Of a stretch of 64,000 bases of DNA, positions 53,961 through 64,000 are shown in pieces. The stretch comes from Phoronis australis (Eukaryota; Animalia; Phoronida). The DNA is taken from contig NMRA01000071.1 of assembly GCA_002633005.1 (NCBI GenBank), forward strand, positions 306,197 to 370,196, read 5' to 3'. Both the position numbers and the translations under genes were made by a program. Numbering within the stretch: the stretch's first letter is position 1; every line of letters starts with the position of its first letter. The notes beneath the pieces are model-generated. The model was not told where the DNA came from. It searched no databases and worked only from the letters and a program-made list of their open reading frames with translations.

Positions 53961-55197
53961 CTCTTAAAGTGCTTTGCTATGCTAATCACAGCTGACAGAA
54001 GCTGTCGCCTGTCTCCTGCTAACATTTAGTGGTCCAACCCCCTTAATTGGCACTTTGTACAGTGTGTCACCACCTTGTGTGCATTTTTGAAACCACTGGA
54101 TGGCATTAGCAAAGGGAAATTGAATTCATTACTTAAAGAAATGTAACTTTTAAGTCAAATTGGTACCAGAAATATTTTGGGAAGTTTTCTTAATGGATGG
54201 TCACCTTGGTAATATTTTCTATTTAATACATCAGATTGATGTTGTGGTTTTACAAAAGAAAATAAACTACTTTGAAAAGCTTTATGAGGAAGAATAATTT
54301 TAAAACATAAAATTTTCCAACAAAATTATCTTGATATACTTTGAAAAGGAATGTTTAAACTGTTCATCAGAGCAAATCAGGTGCAGCCAATTGTTTCAAT
54401 GCATAACTTCTTGTGGATACTTTAGGTAATAAAAGAGAACTTAAATAATACCCAATCAACAAATCTAGTTACATTTCTGGGTACATTCACACCCACCATG
54501 ACAGCACTGCCTGTGAGATGCATAACTACACAATGTTTTTAAAGCATGCATTTTAACTAGTTTGACAGCCAACAAGCACATTAGGCTATTTTGTCTAGTT
54601 CTAACAATAACTCATATGCCAGCTTGACGCAACTTGCCCATAGTCACATCAACCAGTGGACACTTGGCCATGCCACTGCAGCAGACAGTGTGGTAGGATA
54701 ATAATGATTTAATCACTGCTTTATGTGCTAGACTTATTTTGAATGATAACACAAGGTACTCCAATTTAATTGGTAGGTTTTAGTTCACAGGCCACCCTCA
54801 TAAATGAAAACAGATCAGTGACATTTTGATGAGTTTGAGAATACTAAAGTCTCTACAAAATGTGTCTGGCATCCTGTAAATATACCAGTACATAACAACA
54901 TCAGCCAGGTTTGTTTTTAAACAACACTTAATATCGCAAACAGTATTTCTAATGAAAATAAACAGTAATTTGTTATTATTTTAAATGCAATATAATGTAT
55001 TATACACGACTCCATTGTATACTATAAAACAACATGAGAATAAATATGAATGTTTCCAATACACAATGTTTTATAGTTGCTGATTCCACCATCTACATTG
55101 TATCAATGGTATCTATGTGGTGTCCATAGCATCTTTGAGGAATCTATCAGAATTTGTCGTTTGATTTAATTTTTTCATGTAGAATTTTACTTTGCAG

Positions 55198-55251
55198 CTT
55201 AAAGAAGCAGGAAAGTTCCAGTGCATGGTTCCGCCATGTTTAAAACATTGA
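55198..55251 (+). CDS. IB-domain protein, probable last coding exon
   Basis: Acceptor ttttactttgcag; reads LKEAGKFQCMVPPCLKH-stop in phase 0 and brings the C-terminal Cys count to an even 16. Confidence 0.7.
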   Translation, partial: LKEAGKFQCMVPPCLKH

Positions 55252-58038
55252 CAGATCTGACCAAGGACCAGGTAAAACAGGGTACCATAAAACACCTAAA
55301 GGTGGCAGGACCAGTTCTAAATCGTCTGGTGCAGTGAAAATGAATGATGCAGCAACATAGGTTTCCCTGTTGAGGATTTTCTACCAACAAATATTGGACA
55401 AAGATATGATTGGCTGACAGTGAAGTAAGCCATGAGGACCATATCAGCACTTGTAGACCCTTGACACTAGAGTCTATTTGACTGAGGAGTAATGAACAAG
55501 CATACTTCCTTTACACAACAGTCTCAGTCAAGTCTTTCACCTCAGCGCTATTAAACCCAATGTATGTTCTGGTTCAGAACCTGACATTTCAAACAAGTGA
55601 CAAGTAACTACAAATCTTGGCAAAATCTTATTAATTCTGTTGTGTTGGTCGTCTGATACGATTGTATTAATGGGCAGTCTTTGTACGCTCGATAAGTACA
55701 TTTTTAGTGTCAACAGAAAGTGTAAAACACTGATTTATGCAGCTTATACAGCATACTGTGGGTTTGCTTTCATAGTCTTCTAAGGAGTTATAGATAAATA
55801 ACTTGTAACCCAGGGTAGAAGACCTTCCTCTCTCTCGAATTACAAGAGCATCCTCATCAATGCCTGTTTTTTTATTCCCTTCAATTATGTTCTTATGAAC
55901 TAATTTCTTTTTTTCAAAAACCACGATCATTGTGAGACAGTGAAAGGAAATATTATTGAAGTTTTTGAGAAAACATATGTCTTCATAAGAATAGAGTCAC
56001 ATATCATGAGAAAACAAACACAACATGCAAGTAAAAGGGTTTGTATGAAAATAGTTGCACTTCAAGCAAGAAATAATCGAGTTACTAATAAAGAAGGTGT
56101 CCGTGACAAAATAATGCTGCAAATGAGAACGGTCACGGAGTTCGTCAGGGGAGAAGATTATCTAACCTGTTGCTGAGATCACCAGGTATCTGATGATTCA
56201 CTGAGACATATTTTTAAGTAGGTGAAGGAAACCAAACTCCAGTTAATGGGAAACTCTAACTTCACTAGGTGTCTGTAGTGCAGCATGGGACCTACCTGTA
56301 GAAAGGTCTGCGATCAGGTAATCACGTGGGCCATTTATCCCATGAACACACAATATGATGGTGAAGTGCCTTTTGCTCTCACTCTATTCAGGTGTATAAA
56401 AAGTGGGACATTTCTTCATTAAGACCACCCTGTGAATGTGGAGTAAACCATACCATACATTGAAATAATTATACACTTTTAAAAGCGAAGACTTCCACCT
56501 TGAGTCTCATGTTATTAATATCATCACTTCCATGTCTTACAAATAACACCAGCTTAACTCTATTTGTTGTGCTTTTGATGTAGCTCGATACTATCCATGT
56601 TACTTTCAGCGTGAATAGTGTTTCACTGTATTAACCCAGTGTTCCACTGTATTAACCCAGTGTTCACAGTATTCATCTAAGAGTATGAACAGTGTTTCAT
56701 TGTACTGACCTAGTGTTCATGGTATTCATCAAAGAGTGTGAACAGTGTTTCTTTGTATTGACCCTGTGTTCATGGTATTCAACTAAGTTATGTCTAAGAT
56801 ATGTTATTGTTTTATTATAATTTCTATTTATTTGACGTCAATCAAAACTTTGCACATGTACTAAATGTCAGTGGTGTAAATATGTTATATGTTTTAATAA
56901 AATGATGGGTTTGTATTTGGGGTTTGTGTTGTGAAGAAAAATATCAGTTAAATCAGAGGCAATATGAAGACAATCAGTCCTCACTGTAATGGAAGGGTAC
57001 TTGAAAGACATGTCTGTTGAGACAAAACAAAACATAAGGGGACCAGAGAGACATGTCCATGGACACAATATGACACATAAGGGGACCAGGAAGACATGTA
57101 TTGAAAAGTAACGGTGCACCCTACTAGTTAATTGCAATTACACATCTACTTATTCATAATCACTGGAAATTACAAGAACTCCAATGGCTGCCATATTAAC
57201 TGAGAACTACAGCACACAGCTGTCTGCTTTATTCTAGTCTACAAATCTATTTTCCACTCAGTTCTGATAAGCACACGGCTGATAAAGGTACTAAACTGAG
57301 AGAACAGTCACAACTTTTGATTTAATTACAGTAAACAAGCACCAAATGCATTCTTTTAGTGAGTAAAACCTGCCAGTCAACACTGTTTAAACAGTATGTC
57401 ATTGACCTACTTATGGAGACCATCAGGTTATGTCATTGACCTACTTATGGAGACCAGCAGGTTATGTCATTGACCTACTTATGGAAACCAGCAGGCTAGT
57501 GATGTCCACAATTAGTGTTCTGTCACAAAATAGTATGTAATATTTTTATATTTTTGTACGTTCTCTTAAAAGCCCAAGTTTTGGCTGGGTATAGCAATTG
57601 ATACAGGACACTAAATAAACGATTATTGATTAATGGATTGATTGATATGAAGTTAATGAGAGAATACAAAGATGTAAAAATTAACTATATTTTCTAAAAA
57701 TTTATATTCAATTTAGTTGCAATTTTCCACGGAATAGCTGAACAAATATAAGTTCACAAAAATGGTGCATGAAATGAAACAAAAATGGCGTCTCCTAGAA
57801 GCTGGAAGTACTATAAACATCTGAGCAGCGAAAACAAAAACACCTTGCAAGCAACACAAAGAATCCACCAGGGGGCATTTCAGATACACATCAGCAGGAA
57901 ATACGACTTTCCTGAAATGATCCTGTGTAGTGGTCAACCTTTTAACTGCTCAGCACATTTATTAGGAAATTATTTTGTATCCAGATGACATCTGTTGCAA
58001 TTAAGCACGTTTTCTATGGGAATACTGTATCTGCTCCA

Positions 58039-58158
58039 AGACCATGCCTTGCACCAGACCATGCACCAGACCATGCCTCGCACCAGACCATGCCTCGCAC
58101 CAGACCATGCCTCGCACTAGACCATGCCTTGCACCAGACCATGCCTCGCACCAGACCA
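58039..58158. repeat. Minisatellite, 17-bp unit
   Basis: agaccatgcctcgcacc repeated. Confidence 0.9.
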
Positions 58159-59377
58159 GCTTCACAAGTTGATTTTTCTTGCATAAACTATGGACAAAGT
58201 CATTCACCACGATGTCACATCTCAATGTGAATTTAATTTTGGTATTCAAAATTTGTAATTGGTTTATGTTTGAAGCCACTGAATAATGCGTATTATATTT
58301 AACCAGTCAAATATTAAATGCATGTTCGTTGATCACTTATTTCACACATCAGATTCAAACAATACATAACTGTCTGTCTGGCTATATGGAACCAAAGCAT
58401 GAGAACCCAGATCCAAACCCAAAGTGGAACCATTGCAGACCAAGTTCCTACCATTTGTTTGAAATTAAAACTAGAAAAGATTGCATGAGTTTTGAGTTAT
58501 GATTTGTTTCAACAATCACACCTACAATTAATTGAGAAAATATACAATGACTAAAGTAGACAGTCTTACGACCACAGCTTTTCTGAGGACACAATATTGT
58601 TGTGACAGAGAATGCAAGTGATGCCACCTTTGGGAATTTTTTGTACCCTAATTAAAGATCATGGCTCTTTTCACTGCATAAACACATGACAATTTGGTTT
58701 AAGTTGAATTCTCCAACTCTTTTTTAGCAAATTTAGGAATACATTAAAATGGAAATCAATAATTCATTTGATGACTAACAACTTATTGACATATTTCATA
58801 CATGACCAGCAGAAAGTAAAACATAAATAATAAATTGAAACATTATTTATTATGCCATCATCTTAGCTTCAACTTTTTCTGTCTTTTAGCCAAGACACAC
58901 ATCATTAAGAATGCATGCACAATTAATGAGGCTGCTAACAGTCTTTAACAGCATTGTAAGCCATTACAAGTGTTCCATACACAAACTGATCCAAGAATTC
59001 TTAGACAGTGCAGTTTTATAAAGTCACCTCAAACCAAAACGTTTGGTTTTAATTATTCTTAATAGACAAATTGTGGTTTGTGAAATTTTGTACAGCTGAG
59101 ACAAAATGACTAAAGGGTACAGTACTAGTTGTTTTTGTCTGAAAATTGACTGGTGTTGCACTCTACAAAATACAAAATTAACACAGTCACATGCTAAGTT
59201 TTATGACAATCTTTCACATGCCTTTTAGATAACAAGGCAGATGACAAAAATTGAACTGCAAATGGGAGGGGCCACAGTTGTACCAGCACGGATAATTGAC
59301 CCCTTGGCAAGCAGCCAAATTTCAAGAGCCTTTCAAGAGTAAATACAGAAAAATATTACAACACCCAAAAACCATAA

Positions 59378-59680
59378 TTGAAAACTGCCACAAGGTGTCA
59401 GGCATAACTGTGACATATATGAAAACTGCCACAAGGTGTAAAGCATAACTGCGATTTGAATGAAAAATGCCACAAGATGCCAGGCATGACTCTGATATAA
59501 ATGAAAACTGCCACCAGGTGTCAGGCGTAAGTGTGATATAAATGAAAACTGCCACAAGGTGTCAGCCATAAGTGTGATATAAATGAAAACTGCCACAAGG
59601 TGTCAGGCATGACTGTGATTTAAATGGAAACTGCCACAAGACATCAGGCATGACTGTGATATAAATGAAAATTGACACAA
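59378..59680. repeat. Minisatellite, ~41-bp unit x7
   Basis: aaatgaaaactgccacaaggtgtcaggcatgactgtgatat repeated. Confidence 0.9.
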
Positions 59681-60100
59681 AATGCTGGAATTCAACGAAA
59701 AAGTGACTTCAGTTGTACTCGTGAAAAAGAAGTGCAAAGTTTCACGGCATCATTCAAGATTTAAGGAGATACAAGCGCATATACTGGATGCTGCCAGTAT
59801 AGAGTAGCAAATGGTGGAGACCACCAGATACAGAGGATGATAACATGTACCCAAATATTGAACACTTGGGTGCATGAAAAATTACTCAGATGTCTTTAAT
59901 CATTTTATTGCTGAAAATAACACAATATAACTACTAGTGATTCGTCACACTTAGTCCTGTGTAGCCTGTAATAACACAATATAACTACCAAGTGATTCGT
60001 CACACTTAGTCCTGGGTAGCCAGTAATCACCACTGTAACTTTGAGACCAACCTCCTCAAAACACTTCTATGACATCCCAGCAACACTGCTCCTGCACTTC

Positions 60101-60129
60101 TCAAAACACCAGTTTCTTGGCCAAGCCTC
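60101..60129 (-). CDS. CDK7: CDK7 terminal exon (GGLAKKLVF-stop)
   Basis: Acceptor cttgttttag in phase 1; matches the conserved CDK7 C-terminus GGLxKKLxF. AATAAA on the minus strand at 59904-59909. Confidence 0.85.
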
Positions 60130-60964
60130 CTAAAACAAGGGAATAGTGACAACTGAAGCATTAGTTAAAAAGAGCGCCGCGACTGAGTGGTAAATCTTGA
60201 ATATTATGAGAACGGTAAGCCGTAATAAGAAAGGAGTTTCACAACACTGATAACACTTGAAAAGATTCCATTGAACAGATCTGTCATGGGACGCCAAAGA
60301 TACGACTGAAATCTCAATTAACAGGAGACAGTCCTCACAAAAATTCACATAACTCGAGAACAGTAAGATCTAAAGAAAAACAAATGGCACACTTGTCACA
60401 GCCCTTGGAATTATCTATCCATAGAAAAAAAATTGCACAAGAAACAGCAGAACTCTGACTTTGCAAACCAAATAAAAGTGCTATCTTGCATCCGATTTTA
60501 ACCAAAAACCCAAAACAACAGGCTTTGAGCCATTCGCAAGACACATGTTGCATAGAAATTTTGCGTTGATCAGATAAGAATTGTGATCTGTAACACGCGA
60601 ACAAAGAAACAAACAAAACAACAAACTTTATGACAAAACGACATACTTGGAGAGATATCATTTCCCCACGTAATAAAGAAAACCATGATTCGCCTCAAAC
60701 ATAATGAAGTTGTAAGATGCCATGATTGAGTAAAATCATAAAATACGATGCATTATTGAACCCATAACATACAATTAATTTACTAATAAAACCCAATGGA
60801 TTAATGACCCTGTAAAGTGTGACAAACTGATAATACTATAAAAGTACAGCAGTAAAATGAGACAGAAATAACAAAGCCAGTAAAATGAGAAAATGTCACA
60901 GTATGCAACGAAGGAGCGCATACATCCTGCAGAACATGTCACATCCTCATTATTTCACACTTAC

Positions 60965-61106
60965 CTGCTTCACTCTCCATTTTCCTCTTCAAACTTTTCC
61001 GTCGTTCTTCAGCCTCTTTCAAGACATCCACAGGAGTACCAGGCCTGGGTAATGAAGGCCCTGGGGTGGGGGCAGGCTTGTTGCTGAAGTAGGGCATTTT
61101 GAGCGC
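60965..61106 (-). CDS. CDK7: CDK7 exon
   Basis: [22 protein letters not shown]...LKRK with ttcag / gtaagt boundaries. Confidence 0.92.
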
Positions 61107-61994
61107 CTGAAACACGTAATAAATACTCAAGGAACAAAAGTTACAAAGCATGCCACTTGAGCCTACTCACCAGTGTGAAGTAAGGGTTAAGTTAAGGGAG
61201 CACAGACCTGCATAGCAGTCAATGACTGTGGTGTAATTGTACGTGAAATACAACTCTACTTGTAAGGTTTGAACAGAGTTATAGTTTTATGACAACCCTA
61301 AGGTGTCTTCTGACATCCCTAGTGTGTCTGTCCTATGACACCTCTACAGTCTGTCTGATGACACGCCAACAGTGTACCTTTTGACACCCCTACAGTGTGT
61401 CTTATGGCTGCTCTACAGTGTGTTTGATGACACCCCTACAGTGTATATTTGACACCCCTTCAGTGTATATTTGACACCCTTACAGTGCGACTTATGATAC
61501 CCATGCAGTGTGTCTTTTGATACCTGTGCAGTGTCATGCCTTGTTAGTCTCAATTTTACAGTCTTCAGTGGCAAGTCTCAGAGTCAATCTGCAGACCCCT
61601 TGAAGCACAGGCGTCCACAAAATCAGACAATTTAATAATCCTTGATGTGGCTTTATGTTTTACAGTAACTTTTGTCATTTATGCTATGACATAGGTATAC
61701 CACAAACCTTCAAAAAAAACAAACAAGAGTAGATCACCTCCAGCACACCCCCAGCAGGTAGCAATAGACCAGTCCAGCACACCCCCAGCAGGCAGCAGTA
61801 GACCAGTTCAGCACACCCCCAGCAGGTAGCAATATACCAATCTAGCTTTAGCACATAATATAAGGACATATGACAGAGGGCACGCAACTCCATTATCCAG
61901 GAAATCCGAACAAAACTCCCATTTTGCCCAACATGCCACAAACCCCTCGAGAGACACCAATAGAATAACCATAGTTAGCCAACTTGTCACTCAC

Positions 61995-62144
61995 TAGGGT
62001 ACAGGTACACCTGCTGAGAGGATCCATGGACATCAAACTGGACAACAGGGTTAAAAGGTCATCACTGGCTGCTGTGAAAATCTGGTGAAGAGGTGTACCT
62101 GGGAACTCTTTGAACTTGACATAGTCAGGTAGGTGGACCATACC
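61995..62144 (-). CDS. CDK7: CDK7 exon (kinase subdomains X-XI)
   Basis: GMVHLPDYVKFKEFPGTPLHQIFTAASDDLL...DPLSRCTC; 150 nt with cag / gtgagt boundaries. Confidence 0.95.
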
Positions 62145-62608
62145 CTGTGAAAAAGAGGGAATGGTGTTATATGAAGTGTAGGTAATTACCCAGCTGGGTT
62201 CTTATACAAAGGAATCTATTAAATGAAGTTCAAGGTTTCCATGAAACAGGAAAAGTTTTGACTAACGAACATTGCATTCAATTTCTATCGTATTAAGAAA
62301 TATTTGTCGGCATATTACGAAAAAAACATCAATACAGGAAATGTTTTTGTAACAGAATTGATACAGAGCAAACCTTAACATCATTTGTCTAATTTAAAAT
62401 AACTGTTAAATATACATCTGAGGTTACTTGATTATTTTTACAGACATACCAAGAAAACATTAGCTCTTGTGTCCAATTTGTTAGTCATGAATAGTTTATG
62501 TTGTAACGTGTATAACACTAATACATTATGATGTATCGTGTATAACATTAATACAAAGAATAATGCTCCATGTCTACAGGTACAGTACTATCACTTAAGT
62601 GTAGTTAC

Positions 62609-62695
62609 CGGCCATTGTTCTGAGTTTGGTGTTCCCAGTGTCTGGAATATCCTGGACAGTTGATCAATGTCTGACTCCCCTGGCAGGAAGGGCAC
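62609..62695 (-). CDS. CDK7: CDK7 exon; upstream exons lie beyond the window
   Basis: [29 protein letters not shown]; 87 nt with tag / gtaac boundaries. Confidence 0.93.
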
Positions 62696-63171
62696 CTATG
62701 GGTAGAGAAAGGAACCAAATGACTGGTTGACAAATAGGTGGTGTTCTGTGATTATGTGAGACAGGGAGAGTTAGTACTACATGTCGCAATGGGGAAGTTA
62801 ATCTAAAATTCCAAACATGAGACAATAATAACATGGTGCACACCTTGGTCTAAAGCTTGAAGTATAGTTAATGACTGATCTCAGATTCTCTCATTTATCT
62901 GTCACAAATGAAGACAGGTGCATGTTAGACACTGCCACATCCCAGATTCAACTCTATTCTTTCATGCAGTTAGAAAGAAAAACATAGTGTTCATGGCCTA
63001 GTTTTTAAAAGAAAGGGCCACCTCGCAAGTACACATCTAAGTGTGAGACAAGAGAAGAGTGATTTATGCCTCACTCAGTTTTCCAATTTTTATAAGTCTG
63101 TTTTGCAAATCAATATGTAACCGTAAACATAGCGCCACCTATGGAGGAGAGAGGCCCTGTGAAAGGATGAT

Positions 63172-63340
63172 GACACAGACCAAGTGTAGGCATCAGTGTG
63201 TATGACAGACATACAGACATCCAACTGTGGGTATCAGTGTGTATGACAGACATACAGACATCCAACTGTGGGTATCAGTGTGTATGACAGACATACAGAC
63301 ATCCAACTGTGGGTATCAGTGTGTATGACAGACACAGACT
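63172..63340. repeat. Minisatellite, 40-bp unit x~4 (CDK7 intron)
   Basis: cagacatccaactgtgggtatcagtgtgtatgacagacata repeated. Confidence 0.9.
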
Positions 63341-64000
63341 GATCATCATTCATTCATCATTGGTCAGTGATAAGAAAGTATCATGACTAATGGTACACCA
63401 TTAATGTGAAGTCTTTAGACAATCATTTATATCATATAGTAATATTCATGTCAATTCATAGAAATGGTTGATAAGAAACCATATAAGATAATTTTAATTA
63501 TCACCAGACAAAATTGTTTGTGTGAACGTATCGTCATTTTGCTGTTTCTGTTTTACACCTAGTATATCTCGAGTGAGTCACAAACATCCTTCTTCTTGTT
63601 GCAGCAGCTGCAAGTCATCAACTCCTTTCCCAATAGATGGAGCAGTATACTGATCATTTCTCAATATCAACCAATCAGAGTATTCAAATATTACAATCTC
63701 TTGCTAATCAAAGAGAAGGCAATGATGTTACATGTTGCTATCACAGTGTTATAGTTTGAAGCGCTGGGAATAGGTGTAGTCTTAAAATACAATATTGACC
63801 AGTATGACAGCAGTGTACACCTTTGGGGCAAGAGTACATCTTTGGGGCAAGTGAAGCATTGTGGGTAATTACTGAGAGGATACTGTGAAGTTGAGAAGAG
63901 TGGACATTGTGACTAATTAACATGTTGCTAGGTAACAATGCATCACAATTCATCAATTACTGTTTTAACTGAAAGTATTAAATCTTATTGCAAGAAAATT

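Overview
AT-rich, repeat-dense eukaryotic DNA from an invertebrate animal; a marine lophotrochozoan is my inference, not shown directly. There is one 513-nt assembly gap (13144-13656). Three host genes can be assembled from GT-AG exons: (1) a two-exon LicD/fukutin-family nucleotidyltransferase with no visible membrane anchor (14079-16664, +); (2) a four-exon secreted ~240-aa protein with an IGFBP (IB) domain and a 16-Cys C-terminal domain I do not recognise (29322-55251, +); (3) the last four exons of CDK7 (60101-62695, -). The first 10 kb is a nest of decayed transposons. Removing a BEL/Pao retrotransposon and a Kolobok DNA transposon rejoins a minus-strand Gypsy-type integrase that ends in a PHD finger. 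Right after its stop codon come a strong splice acceptor and a second ORF, in the position env would occupy, encoding a Zn-finger-like segment and a TatD-family nuclease; this is the most unusual item in the window. The rest holds further Kolobok elements, a 159-bp solo LTR containing a tRNA-like Pol III promoter, MITEs with 5-bp TSDs, a LINE tail and many minisatellites.
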